Shown: positions 44,340-57,447 of the stretch, piece by piece
How the letters are laid out: the number at the start of each line of letters is the position of its first letter
How positions within the stretch are numbered: position 1 is the stretch's first letter
Assembly (NCBI GenBank): GCA_964016885.1
Contig: OZ024740.1
Location: 343,666,001-343,730,000, forward strand
Reading direction: 5' to 3'
From: Eledone cirrhosa
Lineage: Eukaryota
Length of the DNA stretch: 64,000 nucleotides
Translations under genes and position numbers: made by a program
Notes under the pieces: generated by a model
The model's database searches: none
What the model saw: only the letters and a program-made list of their open reading frames with translations
Told to the model about the DNA's origin: nothing

Positions 44340-44930
44340 GTGTTTCTAAAAGGAACTCCGATGGTGTTTATGTGCACGAAGCAATCGGTTATCCATTCTA
44401 TCTCTTGCTACTGGCGCAAAACACCAGAGACATTATAAGCTGAAACTTTATAAATTGTTATTCCGAGGCTTAACGTATGCTTTATAGATAACGTCCTTGA
44501 CATTACAGAATCCGTTTAGAGGGCAGGTGTTGGTAGTTCTAAAAGAACATCTTTCTTCAGATTTACTTGTTGCTCGGCGGGATATAGTATTTTATATATT
44601 TCAGGTGCAACTGTAACTTAACTTAAATAAGGAAATGCTCTTAGCTATATTGTGTGTTACATTGATTGAGATGAACGAGGACTAAATAACATTCTGATTT
44701 CTCTTCTTATTGTGGGGTTTAGAACGTGTAAATTTATAATAGGAAATATAATGTCTGATAACCACTGGCGTTCATTAAATGATTCTAATAAGGATTTGAC
44801 TCATCACAAATATTTATTAGCGGATAGGTTAGATATTCTTCTACTTATTTTATGAACTGGAGCATATTCTTGATGTAGGTGACTTTCTACAAGTGGTATG
44901 CGACATTTTAAGTTGATACCAACATAATGT
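44340..44930 (-). pseudogene. Decayed Penelope-like element coding remnant (RT thumb, linker, GIY-YIG start)
   Basis: Manual minus-strand translation gives SRRISNLSAN (about 44815-44846), INVTHNIAK, KLSYSCT (about 44603-44625), CSFRTTNTCPLNGFCNVKDVIYKAYV (about 44471-44549) and HKHHRSSF, in the order known for PLEs. Confidence 0.72.
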
Positions 44931-45153
44931 GTTCAATATTACTGGAATATTTTCACATCATACAAATGATGTCGCACTTGCGGCGACATTTGAGAGAATA
45001 GAGTTGGGCGTTTCGAGCCGATTCCAGTAACCATGACGTTTCATTGTCATATATAGATATACATACATAAATACATGTATCCATGCATCCATACATATAT
45101 ACACGTACATACATCCATCCATCCATACATACATAAATATAAACACGTTTACA

Positions 45154-45714
45154 TGGTGGCTGCCAACTCGTTTTCGAGTACGGCCACTGCTTTATATCCA
45201 TGTAGGAGAACCCCTACCGATGCGCTGAACGAGTGTGACTTTTTAGTCCAGCCAGCGACTTGAAAACTCTGGTACAAACACTACACTTGCGACAATTATT
45301 GACACATAGTGCTGGGCCCATGGTACCATGTGACGACAAGTGCAGAGAGATCTCCAGATATAAAGCAATGCCTGTGCCGTGAAGCTTTTATAGTGAGCAA
45401 AGGCACTGCACCAAGCCAGTCCCACTCTCTTAACCAAGATGATATTTACCAAAAAGAAGAACAAGTCAACATCATTGGATACCATCAGGGTTGCAGGTGT
45501 TATATCAGAGTTTTCCTTCTCCTAGAATTCTGCCTTGACAAAGTCTAATGGGTCACCTCTCCCGGTGATTTTGGATGGCCATTGACTCTTAGGAGCTCCT
45601 TTGCCCTTTGACAGGTTTTGTTTTTAGTCCTGCAGGATGTCCAAAGTCACCCTCCTCACCAAGAAACCTTGGTGGGGTTGCCAGTTTAGTCGCCAACGAC
45701 CCGACCATGAGACA
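45154..45714 (-). mobile_element. Near full-length retroposon family R with 12-bp TSD
   Basis: TSD ACACGTTTACAT at 45143-45154 and 45712-45723; no coding capacity. Confidence 0.88.
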
Positions 45715-45808
45715 CGTTTACATACATTCATACATACATACATACATACATACATACATACATACATACATACATACATACATACATACATACATACATA
45801 CATACATA

Positions 45809-48800
45809 ACACAGCCTTAATGTGAGTGACAGACCATACAACACCAGAATCAGTAAAGAACCCACTAAATTGGAATTGGAAGCGGTGAACGAAATAGCTG
45901 GCAATTATCTGAAGGCTATACGATCTAAATTATCTGAAGGCTATACGACATTTGAAACGCTTAATGTTTTGTTATATGTTTCAGCTGTCACATTGCTATC
46001 ATATAACACACATCTAAAACTACGCAATCAAGATACAAACAGAAAGCCTGAACCAGCGTGGATGCGAAATTTAAAAACCAAAATGTTGTCCCTGAGACGA
46101 AGTATCTCACACATCGCAGTCATTATGAAATGCAACATAGAGAGCAACTTCAAACGACACCAGGAAGACCTAAAGAAAAAGTTAGAGAGACGATTTGGAG
46201 ATACAAAATTTAAAACTTTGAACTCCAAATTACACCAGTTGAAACAACAACTCACAGCTACAACAGAAAGACTAAAATATAAGTCAACAGCACATAAACG
46301 ACAAGTGCTAAATAGATTGTTTGCCAGAGATCCTAAATCAGTTTATCGCAGCTTCGGTGGCAAAAGCTCAATCCCTGTAAACGACACCCCTTCAAAAGAA
46401 CAGGTTGAGAGCTACTGGAGATCTGTATGGGAAACGGATGACGGATTCAACAGACAAGCTAATTGGTAAAAGAACTGGAACAGGACTACTGCCAACATGT
46501 CCAGATAAAACAATATGACATAGATGGGTCAATACTGGAAACAGCCCTACAGAAAATGTCGAATAGGAAATCGCCAGGCCCAGACCTCATTACAGGATAC
46601 TGGTTGAAGAATTTCACTTTCTATCGGCAAGATCTCATACGGCTGTTTACAGAAACCATTAAAGGCACACAAGAACTTTTCAGATGGTTATCAACTGCCA
46701 CTACTCTCCCCATTCCCCAAAATAGCCAAACCACCCTTGCTAAAAATTACCGCCCAATAGCCTGCCAAAACATCATGTATAAATTATATACTGAGTGCCT
46801 TAACCTGTTCTTACAGGATCACTGTGCTACCAACAACATCATAACACCTGAGCAAGCTGGTGGAAAGAGGGAGGTGTGGGGTTGCATAGATCACCTACTA
46901 ACTAACAAAATGATTCAGGAAAAAACAACAAAGAATCTCAGAAACATGACTGTGGTGTGGCTGGACTATCAAAAAGCATTTGATAGTGTACCTCATGGGT
47001 GGATTATTAAGGCTTTACAGTTAGCTAAAGTCCCACAACCATTGGTAGCTGCTGTTGAACGCCTGACCAAGAACTGGTACACCAATTTGATCCTTAGAGG
47101 TGAGAAGGAGCAAGTTAAGACTGATAAGATACATTACCAGAAGGGCATCTTTCAGGGTGATAGCTTGTCACTGCTACTCTTCGTTCTCGCACTGAATCCA
47201 CTATCTTACCTACTCAGGAAAAAAGGTGGACAAAGAAGTGGGCCCAGAAGTATCTCCCATCTTTTCTTTGTTGATGACCTGAAGTTGTATGGGCCAAATA
47301 TCAATGACATCAAGAAACAATTGGACCTCATTACACAATTTTCAACCGACATCAAAAGGAAATTTGGTGAGTCCAAGTGTGCATATTTGGCAGTAAAACG
47401 TAGAAGAGCTGTGCCCTCCTCTAGAAATCTAGATATGAACGGCCTGACAATACAACCTCTGCAGTCAGGTGACAACTACAGATATCTTGGACAGGATGAG
47501 AATGTCAAATATGATGGACCCATAAATAAGGAGAGAACCAGAACTGAATACCTCAGAAGAGTAAAGAAAATATGGTCATCAGAACTGTCAGCATACAACA
47601 AATACATTGCCCACAATACTTATGCTGTGTCAATTCTAACGCCAACATTTGGCCTGCTGAACTGGTCATTGCAAGAACTAAGTGAGATGGATGTTAGAAC
47701 TCGAAAACTTCTCAGTGTTACTGGAAACTTTAACATCAATGGTGATGTGGATAGGCTATACTTCTCACGCAAGGAAGGTGGCCGGGGTCTAAAATCAATA
47801 TTAACAACATATGAGACCCGGATAGTAACACTGAAGCAACACCTTCAACAGAGGAAAAAGGTTGGCAACCATCTTGCCCAGGTTTATGAGCATGAACAAA
47901 AAATATCATTAGAATAGCGACTGATCTGGGGGAGAGATATGGAATAAAGCCTGATATAAATCTCTCACCCAGAGAAATCGGAAGATTCTATTCAATGTTC
48001 AAACAAGATAAAAAAATTGACCAATTTACAGAAAAAGTTGTGCATGGATACTTGAGGCGTAAAACACAGACCATAGAGGGGATAAACCACTCAAAAAGCC
48101 TGGCATGGAGTTCCGACAAGTTTATGACATCACACCTTGAGGGATATCTCTATGCAATACAGGAACAAGAACTCTCTACCAAATATCTGCTGCACAAAAG
48201 AGGAGGGCCAGCAGCTGACAATAAATGTAGGCTATGTAAAACAAAGATCGAGGATGTAAGCCACATTGTTGCCAGCTGCGAAAGAATGTCATCTCGCTAC
48301 TACCTCCCCATGAGACACGATGGGATAGCTAGAACCATCTGGAACGCACTTCGGAAAACAAAATTAACAACAAACGAGGAGGAATATATTGAGACAGATG
48401 GCACTAAGGAATACTGGTGGAACCTGAAAATAAAAACTGCCACCAAATTAAAGCACAACCGGCCTGATATTGTTGTTTGGGACCACACATTGAAAACGTG
48501 TTCTGTTGTGGAGATCAGCTGCCCACTTGGTGTAAACGTTGTCAGAAAAATACAAGAGAAGGAGGACATCTACGGACCATTGATGAGGAGTTTGCAAATC
48601 CAGTATCCAAGATACACCTTTAGCTTCATACCCATCATTATTGGAGCTACTGGTATATACCAACCAGCTTGGACCAAAGTATGACTGAACTTGGATTTGC
48701 GGACAAAAAGCGCAGCTCCCTAATTCATAGTCTACAAATGGCTGCGATAGCTGGCACCTTCAAAATTTGCAAAACATTCTTGCGATTCAAGGGATGACAA

Positions 48801-48877
48801 TTTCTTTTCTTTTACAACCTTGCCACCAGGAAGGTGGCCGGTAAAAAAAAATATACTCGAAATTAAGAGAAAGAGAC
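45809..48877 (+). mobile_element. 5'-truncated R4/Dong-clade non-LTR retrotransposon in (TACA)n
   Basis: Frameshifted ORFs 45822-46469, 46463-47917 (KSPGPD, YRPIAC, DYQKAFDSVPH, GIFQGDSLS, FVDD, YRYLG, GGRGL) and 47995-48684 (CRLC..HIVASC, RHD, RPDI..E RLE). Confidence 0.92.
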
Positions 48878-48938
48878 ATATACATACATACATACATACA
48901 TACATACATACATACATACATACATACATACATACATA

Positions 48939-49321
48939 AATCACGCCTGCAACTCGATTTCGAATAATGCTATCGGTTGCTTCTTAAGATGTCACATATC
49001 AAGCGTTACCTGTGCTTGAAGCTTTTTTAAGTGTGGAAAGACTTTGCACGGAGCCAATCCCACAGGATTTACATCAGAGTGATCTTCTCCTAGAGAGATG
49101 TCGTAATGAAAACTAAAGGGTTTCAGTCTCCAGATCCTCACTAAAAAAATGTATTGGATGGCTGTTGACACTCTTGAGTTACTTTAGGTTTTGCTTTTCA
49201 TCCCTCAGAGCGTCCAAAATTCACCCTTCACACCAAGCAACCTTAGCGGGGTTGCCGGGCTTCGTCGCCGATGACCCGACCATGCACAGGTTGTGCTGGG
49301 TAGCATGTTACCAGTAGCACC
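48939..49321 (-). mobile_element. Older diverged copy of retroposon family R
   Basis: Minus strand starts GGTGCTACTGGTAACATG, contains CTAGGAGAAGA and ends in (TGTA)n. Confidence 0.75.
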
Positions 49322-49391
<70 letters not shown>

Positions 49392-49793
49392 CGAAAGATG
49401 AACGGCTTTTTTCAAATACTGCGTCATATATTTTGAAAGCAGACATTGTTATATGTAAATTCAGTATGCATCTCTTACTGTATTACCGTGTATATGTTTT
49501 TGTGTGTACGTACTTGTTTCGAAACGTAGAGGGAGAGGAAGAAAGTGTGAGGAACAGATGAGAGTAGAAGAGGGCATATCATTTGACCATCAGACAAGAG
49601 AAGAAAGCACATTATTATTCTATTTGTCATGTTTTTATAGGATGTCGCAGTTGTGATTTCATTATGATGTTTGTTATATTTCAAAGAAATTTAAGACAAA
49701 TATTAGTAAAGGAAAAGAAAATAGTGTTTCATTCTTGTTGACAGGAGCTTTATGGTGCCTCCATAAATTTAGTTCAGTTACTGTATATATATG

Positions 49794-49864
<71 letters not shown>

Positions 49865-50149
49865 GTATGTGTGTATGCATGTATGTAGGTAGGTAGGTAT
49901 GTGCGTGCAAGTTTGTGTGTGTGTGTGTGTATAGTGTGGGTGTATAATCTATCTATCTAGCTATATGTTGATTATTATGTATGATCAAACATTGCACACC
50001 TCCACCTCTTGAAAGATGCTATGTCTCTCCGCCATACGGCTCTTAATATATAAACCAACATAGTAGACAAAAGACAAAGAGCACAAAGTACAAGTTGTAG
50101 AGTTTATGTATTTTGAAAATCTGTTGATGATTCACTCTATATTTATGCA

Positions 50150-50430
50150 AAGCAGTTCCAAGAATAATCAGAAAAGCTTGTGGTCGAAATCTGAAGAGAT
50201 GCCGTCATATTCTCCGACAGCAACCTCTTCAACGGGATGTAACATTATGTTAGTTGAAAGTAGCTTCGACGAGACTAGGCAGAGAAAAGCAATTGGGTTG
50301 GTTCAAGCCACTACGAACATAGCTAAAAACTGTTTTAGCTCTAGTAAGACAACTATGCCATCGACATAAAAACACAAGGAACTTGTTAACATTGATGACG
50401 TTAAAAACAGCAACTCTAACCTCGACCACA
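50150..50430 (-). pseudogene. Possible decayed LINE AP-endonuclease remnant
   Basis: Weak motifs VRVAVFNV, DGIVVLLELK and VGEYDG in APE order. Confidence 0.3.
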
Positions 50431-50904
50431 TACATTTCCCGAACAAATACCCGAAAACACCTACACCATTCCCAACTCAATAGACAACTTATATTTGCTG
50501 AAATCTCCCTACGGGTCCACTTTTAACAAAGCAGGCAGATATCTAGAATATATAATATTGCTGTACGATATCAAATGAAATTACAAAGGTCTCCTCGCGA
50601 ACACCTTCAAAAGCCTAATCATGTATGTGATGGAACGGGGAAAACTGCAGATCACTCTACCAATTCGTCTGAAAACTGAAACACAAAGAAAAAGTTCAAA
50701 TTGTGAATGCAAACATCGGTATAACTTAACCAAGCTTCATAGGCATTATCTATCTTCTTGAATATTGTATAAAAAAAAATAGTGTATATTTTCGAGGAGT
50801 CATTTCTTTATGAAGTGAAATTGTTGGGCTATTATCGTTTTTCTTATACAACAAAATATGGTTCTTTTCAGCGTATTGCTAGCTTGGCAAAGGCGTACGT
50901 TGTT

Positions 50905-51200
50905 ACGTTTAAGTATTTGTTAGGCAAAATTCTTGATGTGAAATCATGTGATGAAACTGACATTGTTATTTTGGGAGATGGCCATGTTGCCAGTATTGCC
51001 AATAGAAAATAGAACTCACGCACCATAGGATTTTCACTTGCTCACTTTATCTATATGACCAGTTATTGGTTAGTTCGTCAAAGTTCTTTCGTTGCACATT
51101 CTATGACCTCATCACTGACTATATGTTGTCTTTTGTTCCTCCCCTTCTTTATGGTCTTAATCTGTTACTCCATCTTGTCAAGATGTATTAAATGAATTAT
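50905..51200 (-). mobile_element. Old family C copy with decayed hammerhead (51077-51119)
   Basis: GTCA-GTGATGA-GGTCATA..GAAA-GAAC-TT-TGAC; flank homologous to 30850-30970. Confidence 0.65.
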
Positions 51201-51315
51201 GAATTTTAAATACAGCTTTATAACAATTTGAAACGGTAAAGCAAGGAAACACATCAATATATGTACCTAGTGATTTACATATTTTAATAACTATCTCTCT
51301 CACTACCTATCCCCT

Positions 51316-51413
<98 letters not shown>

Positions 51414-51460
51414 ATTTCAGTACACTGGGCAGTGACCACCGATAGATAGATATCCATCAT

Positions 51461-51517
<57 letters not shown>

Positions 51518-51920
51518 TTATATATCCATTTATCTATCTATCCATACATCCATCTATCTAATTATCATAGCCAGCATCCAAGCTTCATCTATTTATCTCT
51601 GTCTCTGAATGAAAATCAATCGATCATTTCTTTCTAGTAGTTTCTTTCTTCTTTCCTTTTCTTTCCTTTCCGAACCTTCTCTAGTGCGCATCTTTCTGTT
51701 CTCTGAATCCAACTCATTTATTCTTCCCCACTATTTATCACTTCTCCATCGCTACACCTCATCACCTCCCCCTTCTATTGCCAGATGATAGATGAACACT
51801 AATCGGTTTTGGCCATTCTCTATTCTCAAGCAAACAACTGAACTATGTGGTCATCTCCGGTATATTTTCGTTCAAAACATTGGTGGAGGTTATGGTGATG
51901 TTACTGATACTATTGTTGCT

Positions 51921-51923
51921 TAC

Positions 51924-51957
<34 letters not shown>

Positions 51958-52025
51958 GGCTGCTGCTGCTACTACTGCTACCACTACTACTAGTACTACT
52001 ACTATGGCTGCTGCTGCTGCTGCCT

Positions 52026-52091
<66 letters not shown>

Positions 52092-52172
52092 TTACTACTA
52101 CTATTACGGCTGCTGCTGCTACTACTGCTACCATTACTACTAGTACTACTACTATGGCTGCTGCTGCTGCTT

Positions 52173-52219
<47 letters not shown>

Positions 52220-52226
52220 GCTACTG

Positions 52227-52261
<35 letters not shown>

Positions 52262-52348
52262 GCTGCTGCTACTACTAGTACTACTACTTGTGATGGTGTT
52301 GCTTTTGTTATTAGTGGTGGTGGTAGTAGTAGTAATAGTAGTAGTGGT

Positions 52349-52385
<37 letters not shown>
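51921..52385. repeat. (CTA)n/(CTG)n/(GTA)n compound repeat with an internal duplication of about 130 bp
   Basis: Seen directly. Confidence 0.9.
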
Positions 52386-52556
52386 TTTGGAAGCATTCAA
52401 GTCAGGTCTTCTGATTGCAGAGAACGTCCTTTAGTCCCCCTACCAGTCTCGTAGACCCTAGGAAAAGGGTCTGCCTTTTCCTTTCCTGATTACGCAGTTA
52501 AACAGAAAACGACGTCGTCAGCACAAATTCGACCCCCAAAATTTAGCTTAAATCTA

Positions 52557-52662
52557 TTGGTCAACCTGAAGCTATAGAAGAAGATACTTCTCCAAGATAC
52601 TGCGCAGTGGAATGAAACGGGAAAACACACGGTTGCAAAATGAACTTCTTAACCACACGCCC
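52557..52662 (-). mobile_element. 5' half of a decayed CORE-type SINE
   Basis: GCTATAGAAGAAGATACTTCTCCAAG...GCAGTGGAATGAAAC...CTTCTTAACCACAC. Confidence 0.55.
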
Positions 52663-53867
52663 TCGTAAGATTGTATTTATTTAGAAGCATTGCATAACGT
52701 TTCGCGATGTTTTGAAGAGAAACGTTAAAAACGGAATCGTTAAACTTAATGATATAGCTCTTTACAATGATAATGTCGGCAAGGACATAATGTATCAGTG
52801 TCACAGGGAGACAAACAGAAGAAAACAAGTGACAAACGATGAGATTAATTAGTTCCTGTTACTCGTTACATTACTATTCAGTAGACCATTTGTTTTCAAA
52901 TCAGTTCGCGTTACGGATGTTTACTCTTGGTTTTGAGCGGAAACTCTTTAGCATATGTGTGCATCGGTGTTTTATACTACATATTCTAAGTACGTACCCA
53001 TGTTCGCCCGTTCGCCTACCCTCCTTTCCCTAGCATACGCAGTGATACACAGCCTTATGTACGCATTTATATAACTGTATGTACGTACGTACGTACATTT
53101 TGTATGGATAACGAAAATGATGGGTTATAGAAGTACATGGCAGCGATAATGAGGGACAGAGACCACTGGAGAAAACTCGTCCATGGATCTCGGGAATTTT
53201 ACCCGCCTTAGATAGATATATATATGTGTGTGTGTGTGTGTGTGTATGTATATATACATATATATGTGTCTGTGTGTGAGTGCATGTGTATGTGTATGTC
53301 AATGTGTATAAGTTTGTATACATCATCAATTAATTATGTTGCAATACTGTGTAAACATACACACACACACACTAACACACATACACTGTCGAATATAATG
53401 TCGAATTCATGTTAACATTATTATTGCTATTTGCTCTTGCATATCTATTTTTCTCTTCGCTAATTCTGATTATTAAGTAGTTTTAAATGTGGAAATGTTT
53501 CTACTTTATATTTGTATCATTTCAGAAGGAAGGTATATATTAATTATTTACATTTTTTTTTACCCTTAGGGCAAAAGTTATTTTATTAGGACTCTATTTA
53601 TTCCGTCTTTTTCTGATTATATTCGTATTTTAAAATCATGGGGGTGGCACAGTCATTCGCCCCCTCAAAACAAAATCAAAATATCTCTGCAAATATGATA
53701 CAAAACGAAAAAAATCTAAACAGAAATATTTTGCACACATACACAGACCTTTCTAATGAAAAAAATAATGACTTGTTGAGCCGTGGGAAGGAGCTTAATA
53801 TGACGCTTTGCAATAGCAACAACAACAAAAACAGTTGTACCGCCACATATACAAATGAAAACAAAAT

Positions 53868-54218
53868 AATTGTTTCTATTTTGGGGACAAGGCCAGCAAT
53901 TATCCCAATGCATTACTGGTACTTTGTTTTATCGACCCCGTAAGGATGAAAGGCAAGGCTGACTCCGGCAGGATTTGAACTGAGACGTAACTCTATGTTG
54001 CAAAGCATAGCGTCCGAACCTCTACCGATACTGCCAATCCACCGCCATTGAAAACCGCCAAATGAAAACAAAATAATTGTTTCTACTTTAGGCACAAGGC
54101 CAGCAATTACCCAGTGCATTACTGGTACTTTATTTTATCGACCCCGTAAGGATGAAAGGCAAAGTCAACCTCGGCGGGATTTGAACTCAGATCGTAAAGG
54201 GACGTAACTATGCTGGAA
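53868..54218 (-). mobile_element. Two tandem SINE S1 copies (53868-54047, 54075-54218)
   Basis: CAAATGAAAACAAAATAATT is duplicated at 53852 and 54059 (TSD). Confidence 0.88.
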
Positions 54219-54299
54219 AACAATAAAGAACAGTTATGATCATACTATTTTACGTGAGGATTTATTACATATGGACAAAGCGTAATCCTTGCATGATCA

Positions 54300-55430
54300 A
54301 TAACGAGATTACGTCAGCAAACCTTATATATCCTCGCTCGAAGAATTTATTTGGGACCGAAGAAAGTAAACGTTGACGCGCCTGTGCATCACTAAAAACG
54401 GAGCAGATTTTAAAATATATTTAAGGGAGAAAGAGGGAAACGCTGGGTAATGTTTGTGGCAATATTTCCTCCTTTGATAGAACTATGGTCTACAAAGCTA
54501 CCAATCAGCTCTTCAGAAGCAAAGCTGATGCAGAATATCAAGCAAAGATAATTCGTTAAACGCACGTTCGATGACTTCATCCTAAGCGTAACACAAATCG
54601 ACAATCAGAGGAATGGGTGGGATATCAATACTAGGCTTATCATTACTTTTGTAGATTAATATGGGAGCATGATAATCATAGTGATCACGAAAACTGACGT
54701 ATGTCCTGAGAAGCTACTATAAGCATGCTAGTCCTTACGAATTCTCAAGAATACAGAGCTGATTAAGAGTTATACTCCGTATTGGACCGTGGTACGGGAA
54801 AGAAGGTCCATTTATTATATCGGTAGCAAATAAAGGCACTTAAACCTCTCTGGCTTCGAGCAATTGAAAAAAGTAAAGACAAAATCAACAACTTAAAGAT
54901 TTGGAGGCTGTTATCAACGGAAGATGTCATCTCACCATTAGTCGCAGAAGCTGGCCGGAAATCTGACGGATCCCACTTCCGGTCTTAACCAGCAATAACG
55001 GTGGAGAGGAAATTGAAAATAGTGATTGTTAGTACAACAGCAACTACAAGTAGCCCGATTGCGATTTCACAAAGGGCTAGATTGCCTGCATTGTCTTCAG
55101 TCCCAAATATCCGTCTTTTCCCACAACCAAAAATACTATCCCATTGTCTAGTGAGAGTGGTGAAACAACAGAGGCCGGAGAGGAAAAGAAAATTAGAAGA
55201 ATATTAAAAATATTACTGAAAACAAACCAACGGAGGAGGAAAGGCGAACTGAAGCTAAAGGTCTATAAAATCAAACCAGCTGACGAGAACAAAAACAAAT
55301 ACGATATGAAATTCCCAAACCATCGATATACGACCACCGCCACCCCCATAACCAAACGAAATGTAATGATGTTGTGCAGGGGATATTGTAGCAACACTCT
55401 GTCAACCGAGGACCAAATAATCTCATAATA
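54300..55430 (+). pseudogene. Possible decayed ORF1 of a Tx1-like LINE
   Basis: Weak similarity by eye to the ORF1 at 58055-59603 (SVLD..G..ISV, KFPN). Confidence 0.3.
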
Positions 55431-55758
55431 TCGGAAGGTTTCAATTGACAGCCGTTTGTGAAAAACAATCAGTGCCTGGTAATTATCACGAGATAAAGGA
55501 ATAATAATGTGCATGTCAAAAGACCAGTTTGGGTCTTCTTTGACGACTTAAGCAGTAGGTTCTTAACCGTGTATATATTTCATTTTATTTATTAACATTT
55601 TATACAATTTAATTTACAACAAATTAAAAAGTCTTTGACTGACCTCTTTCAGGTTTGTATAAATTTGTCTTATTCGTGTCTCCGCCTTTCATGTAATTGT
55701 ATATATGAGCGATACCATATGTAATTGATCTCTCTAGCTAAATATAATAAATCATTAT

Positions 55759-56240
55759 TGCCGAGTTAACTTTGCCTATCATCCTTACGGGGTCGATAAA
55801 ATAAAGTACCAGTAATGCACTGGGATAATTGCTGGCATTGTGCCAAAAGTAGAAACAATTATTATTTGGCAGTATCGGTAGAGGGTCGGACACCATGCTT
55901 TGCAGTATTGAATTACAGCTCTTTATGATCTGAGTTCAAATCCCGTCGAGGTTAAATTTACCTTTCATCTTTACGTGGTCGATAAAATAAAGTACCAGTA
56001 ACGCACTGGAGTCGATTTAATCGAATTTCCCCTCCCTCAAAATTGCTGGCCTTGTGCCTGGTGAATTGGCAGTATCAGTAGAGGGTCGGACGCCATGCTT
56101 TCCAACATAGTTACGTCTCTTTACGGTATGAGTTCAAATCCCGTCGAGGTTAACTTTGCCTGTCATCCTTACGGAGTCGATAAAATAAAGTACCAGTAAT
56201 GCACTGGGGATTTGCTGACCTCATGGCAAAAGTAGAAACA

Positions 56241-56245
<5 letters not shown>
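55759..56245 (+). mobile_element. Three head-to-tail SINE S1 copies ending in (TTA)n
   Basis: Units about 55759-55865, 55866-56059 and 56060-56245, each with the core motif. Confidence 0.9.
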
Positions 56246-56310
<65 letters not shown>

Positions 56311-56312
<2 letters not shown>

Positions 56313-57167
56313 TCTCTTTCGCCATGGCCACCAGACAGATGAAAACGGCCTGCTCTTCCTACGCGAAGGAAGACGGCGAAATCATCTGCACAATGGACTC
56401 AGTCGATAACCGGATCAGTCCTACACGCGACTGCAACTGTTCGACATAGCTCCACAAGTCAGCATTGCTCGGGCACTGAACGAGTGCGGGCACAACGGTT
56501 TCGTCGCTCTGTGCGCATCTCGGACAGGCTCGGCTGACGGCACTTTCGCGTCTGTAGAGTTTATTTCGAACCGGCAACGCTCCCCGGTAACACTGCCAGG
56601 CCAGAGATTTTTGGAAGTTATCCATAGGCCCTGGGTTGAAAGTTCACCGGAAGAGTTTGTGTGGTGGACAAGGTTGAAAGGGTTAAAGACAGACACTTTC
56701 CTCTTCGGCGAATCCCTAATTAACTTTTTCAAGTTTCACTTGAAGAGGAAAATCAGGGTGGAGAGGCAAGTGTTGCCTTCTAGCAAGTTTGTTGAAAGGT
56801 GGGTGAATATAGCGAGAATGGTTCGAGTGAACTGGACCGCTCTGAATATACGCCTATAGTTTGAGAAATGGAAAAATTGAGAGAGGGCGCTTGCCCTGGT
56901 GGTCAGGGTGGCTGTGGTCTTTTGTGTGGTTTTCGCCACGAGTAACCCCAGAGGTTTCCCCCCTATTGGGGAATTTTTCATTGTTTCAATTTTCATTTTT
57001 ATTGTTTATATATATATGTTTCTATATATATATATGTCTTTTTTTTCTTTTCTTATATAAATAATAAAAATCTTTACACGCACAAAACCCACATCGTACG
57101 GTCCTGTATCGTCCTGTGCCGTCTGTAATGTTTTTCTTGATGTCACCCCTTGTGGCCAATAAAGAAA

Positions 57168-57170
<3 letters not shown>
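56311..57170 (+). mobile_element. Tx1-like LINE 3' fragment with 5' inversion
   Basis: 56311-56655 is the reverse complement of about 62510-62855. 56651-57170 continues collinearly from about 62850 to the 3' end. (TTA)n on both sides. Confidence 0.9.
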
Positions 57171-57232
<62 letters not shown>

Positions 57233-57447
57233 GAATGCTATGGTTGACGGAGGCTCGGCTCTGTAAGGTATTGTAAATTTTGACCGCTATAACAATTGTA
57301 AATTGTTTAAAACTTTAACCAACTTGTAGACAAAAACACCCTCCTCCTCGTGAGAGGGGTCTTTCTGCCCGTTATTTGGCCCATCGGGTTTAAATAACTG
57401 CTTATTGGGGTTTTGTGCCCAATATTTATTTTAAACAAAAAAACAAC

